A DNA stretch of 54,519 nt from Solirubrobacterales bacterium. GTDB taxonomy: Bacteria; Actinomycetota; Thermoleophilia; Solirubrobacterales; 70-9. A program made the position numbers and the translations under genes. The first letter of the stretch is position 1. Each line of letters opens with the position of its first letter. Below are positions 36,956 through 46,783 of this stretch, piece by piece. Below the pieces are notes generated by a model. The model was given only the letters and a program-made list of their open reading frames with translations, did no database searches and was not told the origin of the DNA. The DNA is taken from positions 1 through 54,519 of the forward strand of contig JBBQZL010000001.1 in NCBI GenBank assembly GCA_038207745.1. The letters are read 5' to 3'.

Positions 36956-37805
36956 GCATCGGCACCGCGCGCAGCCGCCACTCCGCTGCCGCCTTCCAGA
37001 GTTCCGCGGCAACCGGCGGTGAGGACATCCCGGTCAATACCTCGACCTCCCTTGTCGCCGCCCTCCCGAGCCACCCGACTGCGGCGGCCGGGTCAAGGGG
37101 TGGCCTCGCGTCCTGCTCGGCTCCGGCGGCGAGCAGCGTCTCCCGATAGGTCTCGAGCGTCTGGCGGCCCCAGAGAGCGCGACGAACCCCGTCGGCGCCG
37201 ATCACCACCATCGAGGGGAAGGACGGCCGGCGGTGTCCCTCGGTCTTCCGGACAAGGGATTGATCCTCGATCTCCCCGACCAGGGCCCTGACCTCCTCGA
37301 GGTCGTTGCCGAAGCTCTCGATCAGCGCATTTGAGGCCACATCGATCCGAAAGGTCGCGACGTTGAGGCCTGCTTCGCCGGCAAGCTGGATCAGAGCCTC
37401 CGGAGAATCGAGGCAACGGCGCTCCCAGAAGATGCCCTCGCGGAGCTTCCGCAGATAGGTCAGACCGGCCCTGCCGCTCTGCTGCTGGGCAGCCTTCACC
37501 GCAATACAGGCGGGATAGGTGCTGGTCAGAGGACTTTGAGTCCAGATCCGCGGATCGATCGGCATACCGGTTTCAGCCGCGATGTCGAGCCAGTGCGAGA
37601 TCAGGTCCGCGTAGCAGTCCGGCCCCGAGCCGATCGCTCCGTCATCGTCGCGATAGGCAGACCCATAGGCTCGGGCGAGACCGCCCATAACGGGGATCAG
37701 CTCGAGGCTGTCCCCAAACTCCCATTCCAGCCTGCGAAGCTCTGGTTCGACAGCAAACGACCAGGGGCAGGCGGGATCGGTGAAGTAGCGAACCTGTACT
37801 GACAT
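36921..37805 (-). CDS. DsbA-like thioredoxin-fold protein (CPWS instead of CxxC)
   Basis: VRYFTDPACPWSFAVEPELRRL. The 3' end overlaps the convergent DJ-1 gene by 35 nt. Confidence 0.6.
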   Translation of the reverse strand: MSVQVRYFTDPACPWSFAVEPELRRLEWEFGDSLELIPVMGGLARAYGSAYRDDDGAIGSGPDCYADLISHWLDIAAETGMPIDPRIWTQSPLTSTYPACIAVKAAQQQSGRAGLTYLRKLREGIFWERRCLDSPEALIQLAGEAGLNVATFRIDVASNALIESFGNDLEEVRALVGEIEDQSLVRKTEGHRRPSFPSMVVIGADGVRRALWGRQTLETYRETLLAAGAEQDARPPLDPAAAVGWLGRAATREVEVLTGMSSPPVAAELWKAAAEWRLRAVPMLTGTVWETAGP

Positions 37806-37857
37806 AGGTCATCGACAATACCTGCGAGATGCAATCCGACACCCAGAGACAGCACCG

Positions 37858-39381
37858 ATGGACGCCCGCCCCGCCAGCTCGAATCTGATCGGGTCGGTCC
37901 TCTCGGGCCGCTACCGCCTCGAAGCCAAGATCGGCAGCGGGGGGATGTCGACGGTCTACCTGGCCCGAGACGAGACTCTCGACCGCCAGGTCGCGGTCAA
38001 ACTGATGCACCGCGAGATGTCCGAGCAGCCCGAGCAGTTCGAGCGCTTCAACATGGAGGCGCGCGCGGTCGCCAAGCTCTCCCATCCGAACGTGGTCACC
38101 GTGATCGACGCGGGCGAGGACGAAGGTCGCCCGTACATCGTCTTCGAGTACGTCGAGGGCGAGACGCTCAAGCAGCGGATCAGCAGGGTCGGGGCGCTGG
38201 ACGTCCAGGAGGCGATCGCATATTCGATCGAGATCGCCAGGGGGCTTTCAGTGGCCCACGAGCGCAACCTCGTCCATCGCGACGTCAAGCCGCAGAACAT
38301 CCTGATCGACCGGACCGGCCGCGCGAAGCTGACCGACTTCGGAATCTCCAGGCAACTCGAGCAGGACGGGATGACGGCGACCGGCCGCGTGCTCGGGACT
38401 ACCGATTACGTGGCTCCGGAGCAGGCGATGGGGCATCGGGTGGACCCACGCTCCGACGTCTACTCACTGGGCGTCGTCCTCTACGAGATGCTGACCGGAG
38501 ACGTCCCGTTCGAGGCCGAGAGCCAGGTCGGCGTTGCGATGAAGCACGTCAACGAGCTGCTTCCCGATGTCCAGATACGGCGACCCGAGGTTTCGGCAAC
38601 TGTGGCGCTGGTTGTGGAGCGGGCAACCTCAAAGGAACCCGGCGAGCGCTACCAGAGCGTCGGCGAGATGATCGACGATCTTCAGACCGCCCTCGAGGTC
38701 GAGGCCTCCCGCGCAGGTTCGACCACCGGTGAGGCGACCAGCATCCTTGACGCGGTGCCGCCGGCCAAACGCAAGCTCTCCCGAAGGACCGGGGTGTCAG
38801 TGGCCGCGGTGCTCGCGATCATCGCCGTCGCAGCCGCAGCGCTCGGCCTCGTGCAGTTGATCTCCAGCGGCAATGCGCCGGGAGGCAAGGGCGGGAGCAG
38901 GCCCGCGGGAGAGGAGATCGAGATCACCAGCGCCACCGACTACGACCCGGTCGGCGGAGACGACGAGCACTCGAGCGAGACCCCGAATGCGGTCGACTCG
39001 AATTCATCGATCACCGGTGGAGCCTGGACAACCGAGACCTATGAACAGAACTTCCCGGCCTCGAAACCCGGAGTCGGGATCTACGTCGGTACTGCCGCAC
39101 CCGCAGCCGCGAAGACGATCGAGATTCGCTCGACCGCCCCGGGGATGAACGTCGAGGTCTACGGCGCCGCAGAAGTCCCCACCGGTGACGATGCCGCCGA
39201 TCCTCTTGCCGGATGGACCAAGCTCGGTGAGCAGGGCGACGTCAAGACCACCCAGTCGATCGCCCTCGACCAGGGCATTCCCGGGGCCGAGTTCAGTTAC
39301 TACCTGGTCTGGATCACCTCACTGGCCGATTACCCGGACGGCTTCCGGGCGGAGATAACCGACGTCAGGCTCCTGGGCTAG
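37858..39381 (+). CDS. Ser/Thr protein kinase with one TM and an extracellular beta-rich domain
   Basis: GSGGMSTVY, VAVK, HRDVKPQNIL, DFG, APE. TM helix VSVAAVLAIIAVAAAALGLV. Confidence 0.9.
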   Translation: MDARPASSNLIGSVLSGRYRLEAKIGSGGMSTVYLARDETLDRQVAVKLMHREMSEQPEQFERFNMEARAVAKLSHPNVVTVIDAGEDEGRPYIVFEYVEGETLKQRISRVGALDVQEAIAYSIEIARGLSVAHERNLVHRDVKPQNILIDRTGRAKLTDFGISRQLEQDGMTATGRVLGTTDYVAPEQAMGHRVDPRSDVYSLGVVLYEMLTGDVPFEAESQVGVAMKHVNELLPDVQIRRPEVSATVALVVERATSKEPGERYQSVGEMIDDLQTALEVEASRAGSTTGEATSILDAVPPAKRKLSRRTGVSVAAVLAIIAVAAAALGLVQLISSGNAPGGKGGSRPAGEEIEITSATDYDPVGGDDEHSSETPNAVDSNSSITGGAWTTETYEQNFPASKPGVGIYVGTAAPAAAKTIEIRSTAPGMNVEVYGAAEVPTGDDAADPLAGWTKLGEQGDVKTTQSIALDQGIPGAEFSYYLVWITSLADYPDGFRAEITDVRLLG

Positions 39382-39384
39382 CTC

Positions 39385-40353
39385 CTAGAACTGATGGGAG
39401 CGGGCGCGCCGGTGGCGCTCGATCGCCAGGTCTGCGAGACGGTTGCAGAGGTCGGGATAGGTGATTCCCCCCGCTTCGAGCAACTTGGCGTAGACGCTGG
39501 TCTTGGTGAAGCCGGGGATCGTGTTGATCTCGTTGACCAGCACCTCGCCGTCTGGTTCGACGAAGAAATCACACCGCGCGAGGCCACTGCAGCCGGCAAG
39601 CAGGAAGACCCGCCTCGCCAGGGTCTCAACCTCCGCAATCGTCTGCTGCGGTAGATCGGCGGGCACCGCCAGCTTCATCCCACCTTCAGTGTATTTGGAC
39701 TCGAAGTCGTACCAATCGGAATCGATCACGATCTCGCCGGGCGGGGAGGTCATCGGGTCCTCGTTGCCGAGCAGCGAGCACTCGACCTCGCGACCCCGGG
39801 CCGGCGCCTCGACGATCACGCGGGGGTCGTGTCTGAGCGCCAGCTCGACGGCCTTGTCGAGCTCCTGGTCGAGTGAGTCTACGCGGGAGATACCGACGCT
39901 GGACCCGAGCCGCGACGGCTTGACCCAGACAGGCAGACCCATCTCGGCGACCGTTTCGCGCCATCCCTCCTCACCCGCCTCGACGAAGCCGACCTGGGGA
40001 ATCCCGTGGAAGCCGAGCACCCGCTTCAAGGAGAGCTTGTCCATGCAGAGCGCAGACGAGAGCACGTCAGATCCGGCATACGGCACGTCGAGGCACTCGA
40101 GCAGGCCCTGGATCGAGCCATCCTCGCCGAAGGGTCCGTGGAGGATCGGGAAGACCACATCGACATCGAGCAGGCCGCCTCCCGGACGCAGGACCACCTC
40201 CTCGGGACCGACGCTCCAGACACCCGACTGCTCGATCACGACCTCGGCGACCTGGTGCCCGAACTCGCGAAGCCCCTCGGCAACAGCGGCGCCGGAGAGG
40301 CGCGATATCTCGTGTTCACTCGAGCGGCCACCGGCCAGGACTGCGATCCGCAT
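39385..40353 (-). CDS. ddl: D-alanine--D-alanine ligase
   Basis: MRIAVLAGGRSSEHEISRLSG, ATP-grasp core, EINTIPGFT. Confidence 0.9.
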   Translation of the reverse strand: MRIAVLAGGRSSEHEISRLSGAAVAEGLREFGHQVAEVVIEQSGVWSVGPEEVVLRPGGGLLDVDVVFPILHGPFGEDGSIQGLLECLDVPYAGSDVLSSALCMDKLSLKRVLGFHGIPQVGFVEAGEEGWRETVAEMGLPVWVKPSRLGSSVGISRVDSLDQELDKAVELALRHDPRVIVEAPARGREVECSLLGNEDPMTSPPGEIVIDSDWYDFESKYTEGGMKLAVPADLPQQTIAEVETLARRVFLLAGCSGLARCDFFVEPDGEVLVNEINTIPGFTKTSVYAKLLEAGGITYPDLCNRLADLAIERHRRARSHQF

Positions 40354-40365
40354 TTCTCTTGCTCC

Positions 40366-42225
40366 TCAGGGAGTGGTTGTCGTGCCAGGGGGAATCGGCG
40401 TAGGCGCAATGTACCTGCCGACCACCAGGGTGATCCCGCTGCCGACCGGGACACTCACTCCGGGGGCAACCGACTGCTGGAGAACGAAATTGCGCTCGGT
40501 GATGTCTGAAGTCTCCCGCTCGCTGACGGTGACATTGAGCCCGAGCCCCCTGAGTGCCGTGACCGCATCGGGACGGGCGTTGCCGACCTCGTCGGGAACC
40601 GTAACCTTCGCCTCGCCTGCCGAGACGACCATCGTGACGGTGTCACCACCCTGTGCGCTCTCGCCGGGACCCGGAGATTGCGAGATCACCTCGCCCGCCG
40701 GCTTCGAGCTCTGTGTCGATGTGGAACTGGGAACCAGGCCCCTTGCCCGCAACCTTGCCTCGGCAACGTCGAGCTGGACTCCGATCAGCGCGGGAACATT
40801 GATCGACTTCGGGCCCTTCGAAACCTTCAGGGTCACCGTCTCGCCCCGAGCCAGCGTCGTGCCCGGTTTCGGATCTGTGGTGATCGCGATCCCAGCTCCG
40901 AAAGTGCTCGAGTTCTGGGTCGCGACCGCGACGTTGAAGCCGCGTTGCTCGAGCTTGTCGATCGCCTCTGCCTTTGGCAGCCCGGCCACCTTCGCAACCG
41001 TGCCGTCGCCCGGCCCGGCGCTGACGGTCAGGGTGACCGTCGGCTTCTTGCAGCCGAGGTGAAGGAACGAACATTTCATCTGGTGGGTGCCGGGGGCGGG
41101 ATCCTGCTCGAGGACCGTGTCCCTCACCGCGCTCGACTCGACGTAGCTGGTGTCGAACTCGAAGCCGCTCGAAAGCAATCTCTGGCTGGCCGTTGCGAGC
41201 GTCTGGTTGATCACGTTCGGGACGTCGGTCCTGGTCTCACGGCTGAGCGCATAACCGGCAAAGATCCCGAGCAGGATCGCCGCGATGATCCCGGCGATGA
41301 TCAGGCGTTTCCTGCGCTTGCAAGCGGCCTCGGCAGCATCTGCATCTTCGACCTCGGTCGGCGGCAGAGGCGCGAAGGCGGCGGTATCGGGGCCCGATAG
41401 CGACGGGTCGCGCTGCGCGGCGTCAAGTGCGGCAACAAAGGCCTCGGCACTTGCGTATCGGCGATCCGGGTCCTTCTCCAGGGCTCGCATCACGGCGGCA
41501 TCGAGCGCCGGCGAGACAGCCGGATTGAAGGAGCTCGGACGCTGGGCTGCCTCCGAGACCTGTTTCAGGGCGACGGTTATCGCCGTGTCACCCTCGAATG
41601 GGACCCGGCCGGTAAGGGCCTCATAGAGGATCACGCCGATCGAGTAGAGGTCAGACTTCGCGGTCACGGCAAGGCCCTGGGCCTGCTCGGGCGGAAGGTA
41701 GTGCGCGGTGCCCATCACCGAGCCGGTCTGGGTGATCTCGGAGACTCCGGCCCGGGCAATTCCGAAGTCGGTGACGGTTGCATGACCCTCGACATCGACG
41801 ATCACGTTCGAGGGCTTGAAGTCCCGGTGGATCACCCCGTGCCGGTGGGCATAGGAGGCGGCCTCGAGGACCTGCCGGACGATCGCGCAGGACTCGCCCG
41901 GGGTGAGGCCGAAATCGATCAACTCGCGGAGCGTGTGCCCCGACAGGTACTCCATCGCGATGTAGTAGGTGTCGCCGACCTGACCTCGATCGAAGACCCG
42001 GACGACGTTGGGATGCTGGAGGCTGGCGGCCGCCTCCGCCTCGCGCCGAAACCGGGCCACAAACTCGGCGTCCTGCGCGAATCGCCGATACAGCACCTTG
42101 AGCGCGACGTGGCGGCCCAGGCCCGTGTCCTCCGCCAGCCAGACATCCGCCATCCCACCGGAGCCGATCCGTTTGATCAGCCGGTAACGGTCGTCGACCA
42201 CCTGCTCCGGGACGAGTTCGCTCAT
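40366..42225 (-). CDS. pknB: PASTA-domain Ser/Thr protein kinase
   Basis: Kinase motifs GSGGMADVW, HRDFKPSNV, DFG. One TM and four PASTA-like repeats. ATGA overlap with the pbpA stop. Confidence 0.9.
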   Translation of the reverse strand: MSELVPEQVVDDRYRLIKRIGSGGMADVWLAEDTGLGRHVALKVLYRRFAQDAEFVARFRREAEAAASLQHPNVVRVFDRGQVGDTYYIAMEYLSGHTLRELIDFGLTPGESCAIVRQVLEAASYAHRHGVIHRDFKPSNVIVDVEGHATVTDFGIARAGVSEITQTGSVMGTAHYLPPEQAQGLAVTAKSDLYSIGVILYEALTGRVPFEGDTAITVALKQVSEAAQRPSSFNPAVSPALDAAVMRALEKDPDRRYASAEAFVAALDAAQRDPSLSGPDTAAFAPLPPTEVEDADAAEAACKRRKRLIIAGIIAAILLGIFAGYALSRETRTDVPNVINQTLATASQRLLSSGFEFDTSYVESSAVRDTVLEQDPAPGTHQMKCSFLHLGCKKPTVTLTVSAGPGDGTVAKVAGLPKAEAIDKLEQRGFNVAVATQNSSTFGAGIAITTDPKPGTTLARGETVTLKVSKGPKSINVPALIGVQLDVAEARLRARGLVPSSTSTQSSKPAGEVISQSPGPGESAQGGDTVTMVVSAGEAKVTVPDEVGNARPDAVTALRGLGLNVTVSERETSDITERNFVLQQSVAPGVSVPVGSGITLVVGRYIAPTPIPPGTTTTP

Positions 42226-43670
42226 CCCTCGGCCGCCAGAACGGCCTCCATCACGGACTTCGCAATCGGCGCCGCGATCGTGCCGCCGAAACCATCGGTG
42301 CACTCGACGGTCGCCGCGACCGCGACCTTCGGGTCGTTCGCGGGTGCAAAGCCGATGAACCAGGCCTGGTTCGGGAGACCGTTGCAGGTGCCACTGCCCG
42401 GGACCTCGGCCGTGCCGGTCTTCCCGGCGACGTCGATACCACTCAACGCGGCCGCCGTTCCCGTTCCCTCGTTGACCACGCTCTGCATCATCGTGTTGAG
42501 TTCGGCGGCAGTTTCCGGCTTCATCACCTGCGACTGGGTGGACGGCTCCTGGGAGTTGAGCGTGCGGCCCTCCGGGTCGACGACCTTGTTCCAGATCTGC
42601 GGTTTGATCAGCTTCCCGCCGTTTGCGACCGCCGACGCCACCTCCGCCATCTGGATCGGGGTGACGCGAAGGCGCTCCTGCCCGATCGCGACACGACCGA
42701 TGTCGATCGGGTCGTCTGGTCCGACCCGCTTTGCCCCGTCGTAGACACCGCTGATCAGCTTCTCGTCCTCGGGAAGATCGACCTGTGGCTTCTGGTTGAA
42801 GCCGAAGCGATCCATGTACTCGAACATCGTTTCCTTGCCAAGCTTCTCGCCGACCTGGGCGAAGACGGTGTTGACCGAATTGGTCAGGGCGGTGGTCAGC
42901 GAGATGTCGCCGTACGAGGCGCCGCCGTCATTTGACAGGGGGATGCCCTCGATGTCGATCGGCGAGGCTCCGTTGATGATCGAGTCCGGCGTGAGGGCAC
43001 CGGTGTCGAGCGCCGCGGCGGTGGTCACGACCTTCATCGTCGAGCCCGGTGGATACCCGGCCTGGACCGAGCGGTCGAGGAGCGGTGACGCGGGATCCTT
43101 GTTGAGCAGCGCAAAGTCCTCTGGAACGGTGTTCGGGTCATAGGGAGGGACGCTGACCATGGCGCGGATCCTGCCGGTGCTCGGTTCGATCGCAACCACC
43201 GAGCCCGCCCTCCCTGCCAGACCGTCGAATGCCGCCGTCTGGGCCGAGGGATAGATGTTGGTGTAGACGTTGTCGCCCTGCTTGCGGCGGCCGCGGATCT
43301 GATCGAGAATCGAGGTGAACTCGGAGGTTTGACCGGTCAGCTCCTCGTCGTGGAACTTCTCGAACTGGCTCTGGCCCTTGTCCGTGAAGCTGTACCCGAT
43401 CGGGTGGCCGAATTGATCTCCCGTCGGGTAGCGGCGGACGTAGTAGCGGCTCGTCCCCTTGCCCCTCCCGACCGATTTGGCGATCACGGTCCCGTCCGCG
43501 GCAAAGATCGTCCCGCGTTTGATCTGCTGTGCCTCGAGCAGGGTGCGTCGGTTGACCCGCTCTGCCTTGAGGGATTCGGAGTCGAAAACCGACCAGTACG
43601 AAGTGAAGCCGATCAGCAGCCCGAAGAGGACGACGATGAAGGCGAAGAGCTTGATGATCTGGGAGTTCAC
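42222..43670 (-). CDS. pbpA: class B penicillin-binding protein (transpeptidase)
   Basis: N-terminal TM; STMK, SND and KTGTAE motifs. Confidence 0.9.
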   Translation of the reverse strand: MNSQIIKLFAFIVVLFGLLIGFTSYWSVFDSESLKAERVNRRTLLEAQQIKRGTIFAADGTVIAKSVGRGKGTSRYYVRRYPTGDQFGHPIGYSFTDKGQSQFEKFHDEELTGQTSEFTSILDQIRGRRKQGDNVYTNIYPSAQTAAFDGLAGRAGSVVAIEPSTGRIRAMVSVPPYDPNTVPEDFALLNKDPASPLLDRSVQAGYPPGSTMKVVTTAAALDTGALTPDSIINGASPIDIEGIPLSNDGGASYGDISLTTALTNSVNTVFAQVGEKLGKETMFEYMDRFGFNQKPQVDLPEDEKLISGVYDGAKRVGPDDPIDIGRVAIGQERLRVTPIQMAEVASAVANGGKLIKPQIWNKVVDPEGRTLNSQEPSTQSQVMKPETAAELNTMMQSVVNEGTGTAAALSGIDVAGKTGTAEVPGSGTCNGLPNQAWFIGFAPANDPKVAVAATVECTDGFGGTIAAPIAKSVMEAVLAAEG

Positions 43671-44983
43671 AGCAGGCTCCCCTCCTGCCGCTCCCGCGCC
43701 TCGCGCCGGGCGCGATCGGAGATCAGCAGCAGCAGTGCGAGCAGCACGAAGTTGGCGAGGATCGAACTGCCGCCGTAGCTGACGAAGGGCAGGGTCACCC
43801 CGGTCAGGGGGATCACCCTGGTCACCCCCCCGATGATCACGAAGGCCTGGATCGCGAAGACCGCGGTCAGCCCGGTTGCGAGGAGCTTCGAGAATCCATC
43901 ATTGGCGAGCAGTGCGACCTTGAAGCCCCTGGCTGCGAAGAGCAGGTAGACGATTACGATCCCGGTCGCTCCGAAGAGCCCGATCTCGTTGACGATCAGC
44001 GCATAGATCGTGTCGGTCTGCGCCGCCGGAAGCAGGGCATTGTTGGTGCCCGGAATTGTGATCAGCGCCTGGCCGAACCCCCTTCCGAACAGTCCGCCGT
44101 CCGCCTGGGCAAAGATCGACTGAAGGATCTGGTAGCCGGTCCCGGTCGCGTCCTGGTAGGGATTGAGCCAGGTCTCGACGCGGTCGTGGACATGCGGGAC
44201 GGTCTGCGTGATGAAGAGGGCGCCGGCGAAGAACATAGCCATTCCGATGACGACGAATGAGAACCGGCCCGTGGCGACGTAGAGGAGGGCGAGGAACGCC
44301 GCGAAGAACATCAGCGAACTTCCCAGATCGCGGATGAATACGAGCATGAACATCGAGGCTCCCCAGACGACGAGAAGCGGCCCGAGATGTTTGAGCGGTG
44401 GCAGGGTCACGCCAAGGACCCGGCGGGCGCCGACGATCAGGACCTCGCGGTGCTCCCGCAGATAGCTGGCAAGAAAGATGACGATGCAGATCTTCGAGAA
44501 CTCGGCGGGCTGGAAGGCGAATGGGCCGATCTTGATGCTCGGGTACGCGCCGTTCTGCTGCAGGCCGAGCCCGGGAACCCTCGGGACGAGCAGGAGGATC
44601 AGGCCGATGGCGGCGATTGTGTACCGGTAGCGCTCGAGGACGTCGTAATCGCGGAAGAACTGGATCGTCAGCGCAAAGAGGAGGAGCCCGAAGACGAACC
44701 AGTTCGCCTGGTCACGCGCCAGGTCCGGGTCGATCCTGTAGATCATCACCAGCCCGATCGCGGTCAACAGTGCCGCGAGCGGGAAGAGGAACGGGTCGGC
44801 GTTGGGCAGCCGGATCCGCAGGTAGATGTGGGCGGCGACGCAGATCGCGAGGAAGTAGGCGCCGTAGATCAGGCTCAGGTCATCGAGCTTCGGGCCCTCC
44901 TGGGCGAAGACCGCCGTGAAGCCCGCGGTCAGCAGAATCGCCACCGGCAGCAGCGCCACCAACTCGCGATTGCGGGCGCTCAC
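43667..44983 (-). CDS. rodA: FtsW/RodA/SpoVE (SEDS) family protein
   Basis: Polytopic SEDS pattern. Sits between pstP and pbpA as in mycobacteria. Confidence 0.85.
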   Translation of the reverse strand: MSARNRELVALLPVAILLTAGFTAVFAQEGPKLDDLSLIYGAYFLAICVAAHIYLRIRLPNADPFLFPLAALLTAIGLVMIYRIDPDLARDQANWFVFGLLLFALTIQFFRDYDVLERYRYTIAAIGLILLLVPRVPGLGLQQNGAYPSIKIGPFAFQPAEFSKICIVIFLASYLREHREVLIVGARRVLGVTLPPLKHLGPLLVVWGASMFMLVFIRDLGSSLMFFAAFLALLYVATGRFSFVVIGMAMFFAGALFITQTVPHVHDRVETWLNPYQDATGTGYQILQSIFAQADGGLFGRGFGQALITIPGTNNALLPAAQTDTIYALIVNEIGLFGATGIVIVYLLFAARGFKVALLANDGFSKLLATGLTAVFAIQAFVIIGGVTRVIPLTGVTLPFVSYGGSSILANFVLLALLLLISDRARREARERQEGSLL

Positions 44984-46296
44984 GGAGTTGAGCCGCCCGC
45001 TGACCCGGTGTTCCCCTGCTTGCCCGGCTGCTTCGCCGGCTTCTGATTGTTCTTCCTGTTGCCCTTCTCCTTCTGCTGCTGTTTCTTCTGCTTGAGACGC
45101 TTCCTGGCCTCTGCAGCGCGGACCGTATCCTCGATCCTCGCGATCAGGGAGGTGGCGTCATCCTCGGAGCGAAGCTCGTGGTCGGTCACCTGGGATTGAT
45201 CCTTGGACCCGAGCTCCGAGGTTTGGATCGGCGCCGTATAACGCTCGGAGTAGAGGCTGATGCCGAGCGGCAGGTCATAGGGGAGGCCGCGGTAGAGCGA
45301 GACCCGGCCGCCGGAATCGGTGCCGAGGAACCAGACCTGCCGATTGCCCCACCAGGCGCCGAAGCCGACCAGACCGATCACCGCAAGCACGATCAGGGTC
45401 TTTGCGACGCGACGGGCCCGGCGATGCTTCTGGCTCTCGGCGCGCTCGCGGCTCCGGGCTGCCGCGACGCGACGGAGGCGCTCTGGCTCGGCCTCCTCGA
45501 CGCCGGACCTGGTGATCACGGTCGGCTGCTCGCCCGTGGGCGCAACGACGCCGGCAGCGGGGATCAACGGCGCGTTCACGTCATCGACCCGGAAGGCGAG
45601 TGCCGTGATGTTGTCGCGCCCACCGGCGTTGTTCGCCGCATTGATGAGTTCCCTGACCGCCCCATCGAGGGTGGCGGCGCCGATCATGATCTTGGCGATC
45701 TTGTCGTCGCCCAGCATCGTCGTCAGACCATCGGAACAGAGCAGGAAGATGTCGCCCGCGATCGCCGGGACCGTCTGGACATCGACCTCGACATGAGGCT
45801 CGGGCCCAAGTGCCCTGGTGATGATCGAGCGCTGCGGGTGGTCATGTGCCTGGGCCTCGGTGATCTGACCCTTGCGGCGCATCTCCTCAACCAGCGAGTG
45901 ATCGCGGGTCAGTTGCTCGAACTTGAGACCACGCAGGCGGTATGCGCGGCTGTCCCCGACGTGCCCGATACTAACTTCCTCTTCCCCACCGTTGATGATC
46001 GCCGCAGTGATCGTCGTTCCCATTCCGGCACGATCCGGATCCTCCCGGGCAAGCTCGTGGATGCTCTGGTTTGCCTCCTGGATCAGCTCACGGAGGACCT
46101 CCTCGTGGGGTCGGCCCTCGGGCAGGTCCCGGTCGAAGGTTCGGGCCGCTGCCTCCGAGGCAACCTCGCCGGCCTTCGCACCGCCCATCCCGTCGGCTAC
46201 GACGAAGGTCGGAGCCCGGAAGAAGTAGGCGTCTTCGTTCGCGGTTCTCTGCCGACCGACATCGGTGCGACACGCTTGTTCGGCTGCTCTCAGCAA
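44980..46296 (-). CDS. pstP: PP2C-family Ser/Thr phosphatase with TM and extracellular tail
   Basis: VADGMGG, LLCSDGL, and TM helix LIVLAVIGLVGFGAWW. Lys/Gln-rich C-terminus. Confidence 0.9.
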   Translation of the reverse strand: MLRAAEQACRTDVGRQRTANEDAYFFRAPTFVVADGMGGAKAGEVASEAAARTFDRDLPEGRPHEEVLRELIQEANQSIHELAREDPDRAGMGTTITAAIINGGEEEVSIGHVGDSRAYRLRGLKFEQLTRDHSLVEEMRRKGQITEAQAHDHPQRSIITRALGPEPHVEVDVQTVPAIAGDIFLLCSDGLTTMLGDDKIAKIMIGAATLDGAVRELINAANNAGGRDNITALAFRVDDVNAPLIPAAGVVAPTGEQPTVITRSGVEEAEPERLRRVAAARSRERAESQKHRRARRVAKTLIVLAVIGLVGFGAWWGNRQVWFLGTDSGGRVSLYRGLPYDLPLGISLYSERYTAPIQTSELGSKDQSQVTDHELRSEDDATSLIARIEDTVRAAEARKRLKQKKQQQKEKGNRKNNQKPAKQPGKQGNTGSAGGSTP

Positions 46297-46300
46297 GGCG

Positions 46301-46774
46301 TCACCCGAGGTCGAACCTGAACTCGGTATCGCCGATCCGGATCAGATCGCCGTTGATCAACTCCGCCTCGCCATTCAGCGGCGAGTCGTTGAGAAGCGTG
46401 CCGTTTGTCGACTGCATGTCCTCGACATAGTGCCTGCCGCTCGACTCGAAGACCCTTGCGTGTATCCCGGAGGCGTAGCGATCCTCGATCCGCACGTCGG
46501 CATCGGCCGATCGGCCGATCGAAAGCCCGCCGAACATGTCCAGCCGATCGCCCGGCCGGAGGCCGCCACCACGCTCGACCACCAGCCATGCGTCGGTGCC
46601 GACCGCGGGTCCTTCGTCGAAGCGCGGCTGTGCGTGCATGCCCGTCGCGTTGGAGGTGGGGATCGTGGTTCCCCGGAGGTCCTTGAGCGCGCTTCGCGCG
46701 ATCCAGAGAAGGAACAGATACAGGATGGCGATGAAGCCGAATTTGAGTGCTACTGAGAGCGGCTCGTAATCCAC
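46301..46774 (-). CDS. fhaB: membrane-anchored FHA domain protein
   Basis: N-terminal TM and C-terminal FHA (IGRSADADVRIEDRYASGIHARV...STNGTLLN). Confidence 0.85.
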   Translation of the reverse strand: MDYEPLSVALKFGFIAILYLFLLWIARSALKDLRGTTIPTSNATGMHAQPRFDEGPAVGTDAWLVVERGGGLRPGDRLDMFGGLSIGRSADADVRIEDRYASGIHARVFESSGRHYVEDMQSTNGTLLNDSPLNGEAELINGDLIRIGDTEFRFDLG

Positions 46775-46783
46775 AGTGGAGGC

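Noticed and set aside
45040-45115. Low-complexity ctgctg/cttctt stretch that looks like a tandem repeat
   Set aside because: It lies inside pstP and simply encodes the Lys/Gln-rich C-terminal tail (KRLKQKKQQQKEKGNRKNNQK). There are no spacer-repeat units, and nothing CRISPR-like is present anywhere in the window.
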